A stretch of 64,000 nt of DNA, from assembly GCA_965112155.1 (NCBI GenBank), contig OZ218105.1. The stretch is one strand, 5' to 3'. Shown piece after piece: positions 28,101-40,790 of this stretch (position 1 is the first letter of the stretch; each line of letters starts with the position of its first letter). The DNA is from Podarcis liolepis. Its lineage: Eukaryota. Below the pieces are notes generated by a model. It was not told the origin of the DNA. It ran no database searches and was given only the letters and a program-made list of their open reading frames with translations. A program made the translations under genes and the position numbers.

Positions 28101-31100
28101 CTCACCTTCCTCTACATCCATCCCTTCATCTCTCTCCTCAACATGCTGAAGAGAAAGAGGGCATTTAGAATTAATAATGCTGAAAAAGGCTTTGCACCAG
28201 AAAATTAGGAGATGCCGATTAAAGATTAAAATATTCTTTATCACTGGAAATCTAAGTAATTGGTAAACTACACAAAGAACTCAGATAGGATACAGCAATT
28301 TCCTCCACTTTATGCCATCTCTCCTTAAGACTCCAGTTTAGAAAAGCACTAAAATAAATTATCTTCACATGTATATTAGTAAGCAACTGAAGAATTTTTT
28401 TAATTGTTTGCCCCCTTTTGAGAGATGCATGTGTTCAGTACATAGAAAGCAGAGTGTTATTTTATGCCTTGTTCTACAGGTTTCCCACAGAATGGATAAT
28501 ATAATATAATAGAAAACAAAAAGATGACCCACCTTCTGTCCAAGTGTGCTATCTTGCTCACTGGTATTATAAACTGTGATATTTTCCAAATTAAATTGAC
28601 TTTGCAAATTAAGCCCTGTAGTAAAAAGGATGCACATTAAAAACCAAGAACAGAGGAAATAATTATACCCAAAACCCAATAAGACATTTGTAACTCGCAT
28701 ATGTCAATTTACAGAATATAAGATATGATGTTTCTCATCAACAGTATTAAAAAAATCATTATACTTTAGCTACAATTAAACAAGACAGGAAATGTCTACC
28801 ATTACCACCTTCAGAAAGTTCCTTGGCTAAGGCAGGCTACATAACTAAACAGATTACAAGCATAATAAAATTAGAAAAGAACTTAAGATATGCAGCAGAC
28901 TTCCATTTTTCCGTTCGAGTATGTTTATGTCATTATACACTAACAAATCTCACCTGATTTTTCTGAAAGTGGGAATAATCTAGCCAGGAATAGCTGGATT
29001 CTTCCACAGAATACTGTATTTTGGGATTTAGACAATCGTCTCAGGAGGTCTAAACAAAGAGATAAAGAAGGAAAATATGTTTTTTATCTTATCATGGCTC
29101 CAGAATTTTTATAATTTGTCATGGGCGGACTGTGGTATGTTAAGGAGCTGATAAATGTCCTACAGGCAAACAACATCTTCACTTCCCCCGCATGGCTAAC
29201 TAAGACTAACAGTGAAGCGTGGCTTCCCAGCCAGGGCAGGAGCACCCAGGCATGCCCAGGGGCAGGGCTTGCAAGGGCAATGTGAGGAGGATGCAGCAGG
29301 CGAGGGCTCCCACTATGCCACTGGCTGAGACTGCAGTCCTAACTGCAGTGAGAAGTAAGGCCAAACAAACTCACTAGGAACTACTTCGGAGCAATCATGC
29401 AGTAATTATCTGAACTTCGAATATATACACAATACTAATGCTCTGTTCCAAAGAGTTCAAACTAAAGCACATGTTTGGCTGCAACATGAAATAGCTTTTT
29501 ATCTTTAATTGTGTAATAATAATAATAATAGTAATAATACCCCACCCATCTGGCCAGGATTTCCCCAGCCACTCTGGGCGGCTTACAGCATATCTAAAAA
29601 ATTATAGCACATCAGACATTAAAAATTTCCTGATACAGGGCTGCCTTCAGATGTCTTCTAAAAGTCAGATAGTTGTTTATTTCCTTGACATCTGATGGGA
29701 GGGAGTTCCACAGGGCGGGTGCCACTACCGGGAAGGCCCTCTGCCTGGTTTCCTGTAACCTTGGAGTCAGGGATCTGCCAGTAGGCCCTCGGAACTGGAC
29801 CTCAGTGTCTCGACTTTTCAGATGTAAGCTGGCTTGGAGATGAGTGAAGTTTCGATGAACTGCACTGAAAGTTGTGCAAACTGAGGATGAAGTGGAGAAA
29901 CAAGACTACTCACCATTGCACATTCTCAGCAAGTAATTCTTTCCTGCTGAATAAAACGTGTTCTAAAAATAAAGTACCAAAAAGATGCAATCAGTTAACA
30001 TTTTAAGTAAGAAGGTTACACTGATACTGTAAATAAATTCACTTAACTGTAGAAGAACAGTCACTTTATATCAGGCCTAGCCCAGAGAATGCTTGTGGAC
30101 AACTTGCCCACAGCAAGATTATGGGTGACAATCAATTATGTACATCCACTTGTGCAACAAAAAATCCACTTGGGTCACAGGACATCCTGTTTCTCTTAAA
30201 CACGTCTCCAGCTCTTTGTGTGCCCCCAGAGTCTGCTACAGAGAGTTCCTCAACTCTCCAGACCAGATTTTGGTGGTATATGGGGGCCGTAGAGGAGAGG
30301 AGATGAAAGGAGAAGCCCTGTGAATTCCCATTATATATTAATTAATATATCAATTATTTCCAAGCAGTCAGAGATGTTCTTAAAGAAAAAACACAATGTA
30401 GCAAGACAAAATTTATTTAAAGTATTTCAATCCAAAATTACACCAAACATAGAACTTCAGAACAGCAGACTTTAAACAGCACCTCACAGGTCAAATCCCA
30501 CATGGGGCACAACAGTAGTGCCCAGCACCACCTTCTAGGATCATCCTTCCAGAAAGGGTTACTGCTTCTTTCTTTTCTTTCTCAAAACTAATAGCTTAAC
30601 AAAGCTATATATCACAGGTATATACTGGAAAGCAATACAGAAACCCAAAAGTCTTCTAATAAACAAATCTATCCTGGAACAATAATACTTACAGATTTCC
30701 ATGTAGTTACATTCTTTTCCACAAAGGTGAAAATTTTATCACATTGATCCAAAGGAAGGCAGTCCAAAACATCTCCCAGGAGGACAAAAGGGGTTGATGC
30801 AGTGCAGATACCTTCATGGGTCAGAATACATGTATATATTAGCTTCAGGAATTTTTAAGAGACTTGCAATTTGTTTATGTTGAAAGACTTTTCAACTCAG
30901 TGTACAATCTAATCAAAATATGTTTTACTTGATTTACAGGTGCAATTCTTTAAATCTAGACTTACAGCCCAATTCTCTCTCTCTCTCTCTATATATATAT
31001 ATTTACCCAAAAGTAAGTCCCACTGTCTTCAGTAATGTTTACTTCCTAGCATATTTAGCACTGCAGCCTTAGAAAACAGTAGACTTTTAAAAGCAATTTC

Positions 31101-34100
31101 AGTTCAGTTGTTGTCAAATAGGAATGAAAAGCTAGTAGTAATTACTAATAGAAAAACTTGGTATCAAGCCACTCAGCGTCCCCTCCTCACAGAAAAAAAC
31201 CCCAGTTGGCTGCACGGTGCCAGAACGTTACAAAATATTATTTAAGGAGTATTTAAAGCAGGGTTTTTAATTATTTTATTCTATTTTATTTTATTTATTG
31301 TAAGCCACCTGTAAATTTTATAAACAAGCAGAAAAACTGTTCCACACTCACCTTCTGTGACCCCACTAATAACAAGTGATATGATAGCGAGGACATTTTC
31401 ACAGGAAGCTTGGTTTATCTGAACAAATATAGTACAAGGTAATTATTAAGTGTACACAATTGAAACATTACTTTACAGGTGAAAATCCACTAAAAGCCAA
31501 CAGCCACACCAGCACACTGTCAAGAAACAACATTAAACTGCTACAACGGCTTAGAGCAGTCTTTCCAAATGTGTTACCCTCTAGATGCTTTGGAGCACAA
31601 CTGCCCTTAGTCCCAGCCAGCATGGCCAATGGTAAAGGATGGTGCAAGCTGATGTTCAGAAGATCTGAAGGGTAACACATCTGGAAAGGCTGACTTAGAC
31701 AAAAGCAAGTGAAGCAGGACTTCAAGCTAACTAGTAACAATGCAGCTTTCTCCAAGACATTTATAGTCTGCTTAATTATTTGCATTTCTAAGCGGCATAC
31801 ATAAAAACAATTTTTAAAATCATAAAACCAAACACTACTTTAAAATGCCTCCTTAGTCGTGTGCCTGATGTTCAGCAAGGAGAGAATTTCACAGGCTTGG
31901 TCCACTACACTGAATGTACAACTTCTAGTATGCATCTGACCCATGAGGAACCACCAACAGAGACTCCCCACCCCCCAAAATCTCAGTGACTGGGCCAGGA
32001 TAGAGGGGATCAAGCATTCCTTAAGCTATCCTGGACCCATGTTGTAAAGGGCCTTGTAAATGAATTCAAGAACCTTGAACCTTTCCTGGTAACATATGAG
32101 TAACCTGAGCAAGCTTTTAAGCACCACTGTTATGCACTGGCAGTAGTCTTTCCCTATCACTAGTATAGCTGCAGCGCATTGCACCAGCTGAAGCTTCTAG
32201 ACCAGACACAAGAGCAGCTGCACATAGGTTGCATTGCAATAATCAAGTCTTGTGGGCCCTGCAACAGTGAAGAGGGCCCTCAGGAGTGACTGTATCAACA
32301 GCTGTCTTCATCTGCCCATCCCACAACAAGACGAGGACCTCAACAGGATCCCCAGCTCCATCCCATGCGAAATCCCCCAGAGCAGTCAGGAACCTATCTG
32401 GTTCCATTGTCTCTTGGTGAAGACCATCTGAATGGTTTCCTCACTCCCTCAGAGTGGGGCTGCTACCAGAACTCTAAACTTCACCAGGAAGTGTTCCAAC
32501 CCTCACAATGAGGTTATGATCACCCCTCTCCCCACTAGGGACAAGGACCAAATCAAGAGAATGCCCTGCTCTGTGTGTTGGGTTGGTGACTATCTGGGAC
32601 AGTCCTGTGGTTGCCATGGAAATCATGTGATCTTGAGATAGCCCTGAAGCAACCTCAACATGGATGCTGCAGTTGTCCAGGACCACAGTCCAGGTTTCCT
32701 CCAACACAACACCAAGAAATTATAGTTTTTGTTCTTCAAAAAGATGAATCAAAGCATTGAAGGTTCAACTGATTTGGTGACTTCCCTTGGTGGTCATATT
32801 TTTCCTGATGTATCAGAAGTAATAGGTATTACACATTTTTTACTTCGAAATGAACCATACACTTTCTACTGACAGTGATATGTAGAGTTACAACAAGTAG
32901 TACTCACAATTTCTTCTTCCAAGGCAACTCTGAAAGCTTGATCCAGGGTAAACTTCTTTTCATTTTCACTACCAGAGGAGAAAAGCGTTAAGACTATTTT
33001 GCCAAAGCCTTCCATATCAACATAATTAAATGCATGTTAGGAAATAAAAAGCAAACTAAAGGTTACCTTCCAGGTATCTGGCTGAAGGCACTCAATAAAG
33101 GTTTAATAGTTTTGTTCTTAAGTGCATCTCGAGTTGAGTTCTGAGAAGAAAAGGCAAGTGGGGAAGATTAGGTTTTTTAAGTAGTATTTCTATTCAATAC
33201 TATGTGTAAATCTATATCAAAATTAATTTATAACCCACCTTTCTTGCATGATGGTATTTAAGATGGGTAACATATGGTTCCCAGGCACAAATCAGAACTG
33301 TTTCACTTTAATGCATTGGGGCCTTCTCACCACAACCATGGATAATAGGGATTTTAAAGTTCCATATTTACTTAGAATTTAATTGCTCTAGTACTTTAAG
33401 TCCAAGACTTCACTCATATGAAAACATGCTATAACTCATAGCACAGCCTAAACCAAAACTAGACTTGTCTAACCAGACTGACTTTATATATTAGAATACA
33501 AGTTCAAATTATAATTGAATATCTTCAGTACAAGGAAAGGATTCATGACTTATGTACACTCGGACTATAAAATCTTCTTGGGTCATTCCAAATCAAGTGA
33601 TCAAACTTTTAATGGTTGTTTTTTTTTACCTTGTGTCATTTTCTTAACATTTTGTACACTTGTTGAACGATCAAAACTAAGTTTAAATCTAAAATTTAAA
33701 CTGTTTATCCTATCCCCTTTTTGAGACAATCAGAAATAATAAATGTAAGCATAAAATGTGCCTCAAGGTTTGTGTATTCTATACTTAAAGCTTTTAAACG
33801 CTGCAAAAATGCATGCCCTTAGCCATGCAGTTTTGAAAACAGATATGGAAATGTAACATGATGGGTAAAGGTAAAAGACCCCTGGACAGTTAAGTCCAGT
33901 CAAAGGTGACTATGGGATGCGGTGCTCCCATAAGCACAATCCAAACCATAGTTTCTCAGAAGAAAGCACTACATATTTAAGTATTATTTACTCTCAACTA
34001 AGTAGACTTAGGAGTGCATCCATTCACCTCTGCAAATAACAAACAAATGTGTTTTTGGTTGAATTAGGGCCAGCTCACATGATTAAACTGGAATGTTTGG

Positions 34101-35279
34101 AATACAGACTGAATACAAACAAAATCAGGCTACAATGAAAGACTCATGTGGCTACATTTTACCAGTGTTTAACTCAATCTAAGCAAACCACCTGAAAGTG
34201 GGCTGAGTTCCATTTTAGAATTAGAGATGTGATAATGAATTACAGTGATTATACCGAATGTTAAACTTGTTAAACATATATTACATTGAGATGTTATACA
34301 CGTTCCTCAATAGTTGTCTGTAGCACAAAACAGTGATTTGTATGAATGAACATCACCACAGGTCCAGCAAGCTACTTCTATTAGCACTCCTTTCTCCACA
34401 CACCAATTAAAGGTGCAGAAGCCCTCTCCCCTTGGGCAGCTGGCCACCCTACTGGAAGCAAAATTTCAACATCTTCTCAAGGAGGACAATGTCGCCCTGT
34501 GATGGGTTATCAGCAAACAGCTGTTATTGCTTATATCCCACCATTCATTCCCACAATAAAGGTACGGGCACGGAAAATGAAGCTTAAAAACACAATTCCA
34601 AAGTGCAGAAGATATCAGCGTTGAAATGTGGTCAATACAAATGCAAGTGATGTCTCTCTTATTAATACTCAACGACCTCTTAGAACAAACAGGTCTGAAG
34701 CCTATGGCTTTGGAGGTAGGAAACGGTCAGGTAGAGAGGAAGCTCCTGAATAATAATAATAAATCTTATTATAATAATAATATTAATACTCAACGGCCTG
34801 TTAGAACAAACAGGACTGAAGCCTATGGCTTTGGAGGTGGGGGTGGGAAACGGTCAGGTAGAGAGGGAGGTCCGTAAGAATAATAATAATAATAAATTTT
34901 ATTTATACCCCGCCCTCCCCAGCCCACGGCGCCGCCACCGAGGGAAGCCACGTCCACCGAAAATGCTACATTTCTAAACACATTTATTGGGCAGGAAACG
35001 CCACGGAATTGGTCTGCTGTGCGTGTGTCGTTTTTTCGGGGGGGGGGGCATGCAGAAAGCAGCGTGGGCTTCTCTCCCCGCGCCCCCAACCCAGTTCGTC
35101 CCCATCCATTCCGGATACAAGCGGGGATGAAAACGGAGCTCAAGCGAAAAGGACAGGCGCTCGGGAAGCCCCAGCTCTCCGGAGTCGCCAGCGGCGGCAT
35201 TCGCGCCCCAGCCCGCCTCCCTGCTCACCGTGAAACGCAGCCGCGCCTCAGGCAAGCTGAAGAGCGGCGGCGGCGACAT
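19180..35279 (-). CDS. THOC1: THO complex subunit 1 (Hpr1/p84N5), complete, 21 coding exons, C-terminal death domain
   Basis: Exons (high-low): 35279-35229, 33140-33067, 32968-32908, 31418-31352, 30811-30693, 29962-29914, 29049-28954, 28615-28533, 28145-28072, 27210-27102, 26797-26666, 26365-26265, 25956-25890, 25665-25615, 24992-24922, 24278-24180, 23015-22950, 22022-21939, 21773-21626, 20985-20907, 19475-19180. Total 1977 nt = 658 aa + TAA. Peptides: [65 protein letters not shown]; death domain in the last exon. Confidence 0.98.
23535..23672. mobile_element. Palindromic hAT-type MITE with 8-bp TSD
   Basis: CAGGCATA...TATGCCTG termini, perfect CACTAGAG TSD, long internal inverted repeat. 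Degraded relatives lie near 11105-11240, 15487-15580, 23380-23510, 27890-27990, 31555-31690 and 45140-45250. Confidence 0.85.
24481..24731. mobile_element. Non-autonomous hAT (Charlie-like) element with 8-bp TSD
   Basis: CATGGGTAGGCAAAC...GTTTGCTGACTCCTG termini; TSD TTATGTAT at 24473-24480 and 24732-24739. Confidence 0.82.
25170..25413. mobile_element. Old DNA-transposon MITE
   Basis: TIR GGGTTGGATTCAGA / TCTGTATCCAACCC (1 mismatch); TSD not evident. Confidence 0.5.
29514..29810 (-). mobile_element. L2-clade LINE 3' fragment
   Basis: Reverse-complement homolog of about 10490-10760 with an (AAT)n tail. Confidence 0.75.
31780..32710 (-). mobile_element. Degenerate, internally deleted L2-like LINE in THOC1 intron 3
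   Basis: Minus strand gives an APE endonuclease-end motif ([19 protein letters not shown], about 32540-32610) and an ORF2 C-terminal motif ([13 protein letters not shown], about 32040-32080). Confidence 0.6.
33864..33927 (-). mobile_element. Sauria SINE 3' fragment
   Basis: GGTAAAGGTAAAAGACCCCTG..GTCCAGT matches the tail end of 59495-59743. Confidence 0.65.
34660..34897. repeat. Tandem duplication of an approximately 120-bp unit in THOC1 intron 1
   Basis: TATTAATACTCAACG..TTAGAACAAACAGG.CTGAAGCCTATGGCTTTGGAGGT..GGAAACGGTCAGGTAGAGAGG..(AAT)n starts at both 34660 and 34781. Confidence 0.9.
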
Positions 35280-35495
35280 AGCACCTCCTGGAAGACTCGG
35301 CGAACAACCGGCGGCCCGCTCTGGTGACGCCATCCCTTTGCGACTGCGGAAGTCCGAAGGCAGCCGCGAGCGCCCCCTCCTGCCCGGGAGGAGTCTTTTT
35401 AGCGCCGAGACTCGGAAGAGGAGGAGGAGCTTCGAGGATTCTGAACCACGTTTCTGCTCTCTGCCCATTTAACTCTCGCATCGTCCCGCCTCGTT
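34900..35495 (-). promoter_or_regulatory. CpG-island promoter and exon 1 of THOC1
   Basis: CpG-rich tract spanning the start codon at 35279; ETS-like CGGAAG/CTTCCG near 35347. Confidence 0.85.
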
Positions 35496-38467
35496 TTATT
35501 CTCAGTTCGTTTTGTGGTGATGGAAGTATGGCTCGCTGCCTCTCCACCTTAGTTTGATCTTTCCTATTCCTTCTAAGAAGCATTAGCTTTCTTATTTTCC
35601 TAAACCCAGAGTCCCAGCATGATTGTATCCAGGGGTGTGCTCCTCCAACTGGGGTTCCATATTCAGTTCTGCTTCTGCTGAAGTTGGACCTTTTATTTAG
35701 CTTTTTAAGAAAACATGTTTTGATATGTGCAATATCACACACACGTGCGCAATTTCAAGCCCCAAATGGTGCAATTCAGAATGAGTGTGGGCTGCGGTAC
35801 ACTTGCACAACAAAACAAAGGACGACATGAACCATGTGGAGGGGAAATGGGCTGACCCAAGGTCACAATGTAATTCAACTGGAAGAAAAAGAATTGATAA
35901 AGATAGAGCGGGAATAGTGCACAAAAGATCACTAGCACCAGTTGGCTCTGTCCACATAATAAGGTTATTTCTTTAATTTGTATACTACCTTTTCAAGAAA
36001 TGCTGGGTAAGTTAAGGTAAAATAATGTCTTTCCAAATCCTAACGCCATGTTGGCAGAAACATGGGATTAAATGCAATCTTTCCACCTACAGTTCTACAC
36101 ACATTTTATTGCATTGCATTGTAATAATTTATTGTGGTAAAAATGTTCATTGATTTATGGAGACTTTTTGATCTAGTAACTCAACGACCTAATTTTCCTG
36201 CTGCGTCTTCAACAGATGTTATAAATGTGTGTTTTTAGCAGACATTGGTGCACAGTGAGTCCCAGTCTGATGCAGTACTAATGTAGAGGCAATCTCTCTT
36301 ACAGTGAAGAACTGGCGTGTTATATTTTGTATGAGCAACAATGCCTAGGTGTCACCTTGATTGATTCTGTGCAAATTTGTAAGAAAACCAAATAGGAAAT
36401 TGTTCCTTTAGTGATACTACTGCATAGCTAGATGTTTTCATTTCCTTAATTCTCTGGAGACTGAACACCACTTCTCACCAGCTTATAAAACCACACAGAT
36501 TCACCTTTAGGTAAGATCACTCTACACTATTTGTTTATTAAAACACATGGCACAACACAGTTACCAGTGCGGTGGGGTTGGGGGTTGGGGAGAGACTCAC
36601 AAAACCTCTTTATTCCAGATTGTTTTTATGGTCTATTGGGAAGACTAAATGAAATGTTTCTTATTTTTGTTGACTATCCTCAGTGGTGCATGAAAAAATG
36701 GTAAAGGCCACTCTTTCATAACAACCCTATTTCTCCTTTTAACTCCCACTGCTCTTAAAAGAGCAGTGTTATGAGTATGTTATGAGTAACATATAGAGTA
36801 TGTTAGCCTGATATGACCCGGTGGAGGGGGGGAGGGAACCCACAAATGGGAACATCCCTTTTGGCTGATCTGCGAATGCCCATTATTGCCAATTTTTATT
36901 TATTTACTCACTATATTTATATAAATGCACCCAATAACATTGTTCTCGAGGTGAATTGCAACATAAAAATGATACAGCACAATTGAGCAGAAAATAATAA
37001 AAACAATCCCAGCTGGTGGGGGAGGGTGTGGCTTACCAGTGAGCAAGATGTATATTGGATTGTTTCCTCAGCAGAGGAAGACACCTGGTGCCTTTCTTAT
37101 TCAGTGGCTTAAAACTGTTGATTCAGAACTATAGATATCCCCCAGGAAAAATAACAAGTGTTTAGAGCTCTGGGGCCACACAGCTAAGATGGTGGCACTA
37201 CTAGAGAAGTAATTATACACTTTGGCAAGTACTTACTGAAGGAGCAAATTTTACCTATACTTCACAATTTTTGAGTCTTGAAATACAACGAAGAGCAAGT
37301 TCAAGTTTATTAAAAAGTAAACCCTAACAGTTTGAAGAGAAAGCACTGTTTTAAACCAATCACAAGAAGTATGAACTCAAAGAGGAAAATGGGTAATGTC
37401 ACAAGATCAGTATTCTAATGTTTGTTGAAGTTATTATAGTTCATTGTAAGAAAGAATAAAAATACTTTTCCAAAAAGAGAAGAAATCCATCCAAAAATGA
37501 TTATAATATTTATTTTCAAATAGCAAAACTGTTCAGGTTGAATAATTAGAAAACAAAGTATACATTTCCCCCATGTGAATGAACCTGGCTGGGCTGTAAG
37601 ATCAGCATAAGAGGTTCTGCTTATCTCTGGCTCATCATTAGCAAGGAGCCCAGAAGAAGAAACATTCTCAGTGGTTGCACTGCAAGTTGTGGGATTTTCC
37701 CCCCCATCAGTTTGGACTAAAAAGCTTATTCCCTTTTCATTTTTAGATTGCAAGAAAAAACAATTAATTAATTAATTAATTACTTTATACAAGAAAAGAA
37801 ATATCTCAAAGTGACCTAAAAAAAGGATACAGTTAAAAAATACAAAAGTCAAAGATAAAATTATGAAAATACTAGAAGTTTCACCATTTGCAAAACAGCA
37901 TTAAGATTATGACATATTGACTTTGTATATTGCCCTTCATCCATAGATCTCAGAGTGATTCACATGACTGGTTTGTAAAGCTGTAAAGTTTATCTACATA
38001 GCTGAGATAATATCCTGAATAAACTTAATTGAAAACTTGACCTTCCTCTCAAATAATTTTCCTCTGGGCATTCCTCTAAGGCTTCAGTGGTTAACCATAA
38101 GAAAAAACAATACCGTATGAAAAAAGCTAACCAGGAAGAATTAAAAACCACAGAGTGAAAGTAACAATCCAGAGTTCCCAATTAAAACAGTTTCTGGCAG
38201 AATTAAAACACTAAAATGTTTTATGAGGGGGCAAGGAGAAATTTCCTTGGCGGGGCATTCCAGAACCTATTGGCAGGAACTGTGAAAGGCTTCTCCCTGC
38301 TGCCGATGAGGCCTGTTGTGAGTCACTGGGACACCAAGAGGCCCCCATGCGATAACAGTCTGTACAAGCGGGCAAGTTCATTCATCCATTTTGGTTTCTT
38401 CTTGATCGGATACCTCTGGGGAGGAAAACAAAACAATCAACCATTCCTTTGTAGATCAGAACTTGGA

Positions 38468-38669
38468 AGTGGCGCCTGCCCTGTGGAACGCCCTCCCAAT
38501 AGATGTCAAGGCAATAAAACAACTATTTTACTTTTAAAAGACAACTGAAGGCAGCCCTGTTTAGGGAAGTTTTAAATGTCTGACGCTGTATTGTTTTTAA
38601 TATTCGGTTGGAAGCTGCCCAGAGTAGCTGGGGAAACCCAGCCAGATGGGCGGGGTATAAATAATAATA

Positions 38670-38716
<47 letters not shown>
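38468..38716 (+). mobile_element. L2-clade LINE 3' end with expanded (ATT)n tail
   Basis: CCCTGTGGAACGCCCTCCC..GAAGGCAGCCCTGTTTAGGGAAG..GGCGGGGTATAAAT followed by (ATT)n. Confidence 0.75.
38671..38716. repeat. (ATT)n microsatellite
   Basis: About 15 perfect ATT units forming the L2 tail. Confidence 0.95.
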
Positions 38717-38723
38717 GCTCAAC

Positions 38724-38934
38724 TAGGGTTGCCTTATTTCAGAAAGTAAAAACCAGGACACCCTCAAAATTGTTGAGTTTTTTTAGACAAACGCCAGAGT
38801 TGCTGAGCCAAACAATTGTCCTAAGATCCAGAACAATACACCACCTTTTGCAATGATTCCCCCCCCCCCGAATGTCAATTCCACCTTTGAAATCCCGGTA
38901 ATGTCCACGAAAATCCGGATGTATAGCAGCCCTA
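38724..38934. mobile_element. hAT (Blackjack-like) MITE
   Basis: TAGGGTTGCC ... AGCAGCCCTA termini with subterminal CCAGGACA/CCGGA motifs; no clean TSD. Confidence 0.5.
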
Positions 38935-40656
38935 TCCCCACATACATTGAGAAAATAGGACACTTGGGAAGGTCTGTGATCATTCTTTCTTTCTGCAGTA
39001 CAATTGGAAACTCCCCCCCCCCCCCGGCTAGGAGCTTTAGGGAAAAGTCCACAAAGGCTGCAAATTAAGTTTTAGAAGCATGCGCACTATTGAGCTCTGC
39101 AACACACACCTAGGAGCTTTGCCAATTTCATTTGCTATGAAAGGCAGGCAAGTAAAATGGGTAAGAATTGGGAAATGAAACAGGCCAGAATCATGGAAAG
39201 CAATATTGACAAAAGGTCCTGTCACAAGGCAATTACCTCCCCTCCCCCACTTGACTGGGAACTGTGCTGTGATGATTTGCAGGAGGCTTGCTCAAAGGAA
39301 AAAAATGCGCTTGGACTTGACTGAGTCACTTGTTTTTATGCATACCAATAAACCTTGTTGTTGTTATTCCAGTTGGCTAGCTGAAAAAAATAGTGTGTGT
39401 TTATTTTTAAAAAACGGAATGAATGGATCAAAGAAATACTATTCCTTTGGATAACTGTACATCAAAGATGTTATGATTTTATTTACTTTTCCACTTCCTG
39501 GCATAAGAACAGTTTGTTAAGTGTACTTATTTGTAACAGCATTGCTGCAACTGGTTATTGTGCCAGTAGGTGTCAGAACAGACCCAGAAAACAAGCATGT
39601 ACTGTTTGGCTTCTGTTTTCAGCTTGGGCTTGATGTGCTAGAAACTTGCAAGGCATTTTGACTGCATCAGTGATCCAAAGTAGAGGTCACGTTGGTTCTG
39701 TTTCAGCACAGCTGGTACATTTTCAAATTAGTAAAGGGCATGCTTTATTTGGAAGTATTTTCCTGTACTTACTAATCCTAGGGAATGTCCTAAGCAAGCT
39801 CAGTTGAAAAGGTTTTTGCTTCCCCATCCCTCTTGTGCTTTATAACGAAGCTACTTCTCCTTCTGCTGTTCTTCTTATTCCACTCTGACAAAGTATGTTT
39901 GCTGTTCAGCTGAAGTAAGAATCTAATTCAGTTAAAGCAAGCTAGCCTAGCCATTCCCAGTTTTTCATGAGTCATTTCCTGCATTGGTCCACCCACCTTA
40001 CGATAAACAGGAAATAATTTTTCTTGGATAGTAAGTGTGCTTTAAACTCGAAGGCATCACCATAGTAGAATATGCCTAAATTAAAAACCTTCATGTGTAA
40101 AACCACAGCTTTGAAAATCAGAAGGAATCCACGTTACATAAAACCATGGATACCATGTAACCAAAGTCACTTAAGAGCGGCTTCTTTAAAAATGCCTAAT
40201 GTTTAGTTTGGCTAAAGGCAGATAGGATGGCAGTGCCAGCAAATAAAAATTATTAAAACTGTATAATAGGTGGTTCTTTCCAAGGAGAGTCCAAAATATC
40301 TTCGAAACAGAAATATTTAATTGTACCGAAAACAAGTATGGTCCAAATGCAACACAGAGAGAGGGCTTGAGGCTTTCATTGGCTGTAACAAGAGTGCATT
40401 TTATCAGTTACACCTAATATGCCAGTTGTACTCTTCCAGGAGAATGAGGGTTGGCCCATGCTTCTGTTAACCTGAATAATGACTAATACAGCCCTACACA
40501 AGCTTGTGATCTACCAAGCCCAATCCATACGGTGGCCCACTAAGGTCTTGTATTTTGTTTCCTGCTTTAATAAACCAAAGGAAAAATGAAAGTGTGCAAA
40601 AACTGGCCAAATGCATTAAAAAAGGGCCAATCCCTTGAAAATTTTTGTTTCAGTAC

Positions 40657-40790
40657 NNNNNNNNNNNNNNNNNNNNNNNNNNNNNNNNNNNNNNNNNNNN
40701 NNNNNNNNNNNNNNNNNNNNNNNNNNNNNNNNNNNNNNNNNNNNNNNNNNNNNNNNNNNNNNNNNNNNNNNNNNNNNNNNNNNNNNNNNN
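40657..40790. other. Assembly gap (N run)
   Basis: 134 consecutive N. Confidence 0.99.

Noticed and set aside
30812-30850. Pyrimidine-poor acceptor of THOC1 exon 5 as a possible U12 intron
   Set aside because: The donor is GTGAGT (U2 consensus) and there is no CCTTAAC branch site.
34823-35742. Cluster of ORFs on both strands suggesting a divergent gene at the THOC1 promoter
   Set aside because: CpG-island artefact. Only the MSPPPLF exon has homology and a proper donor.
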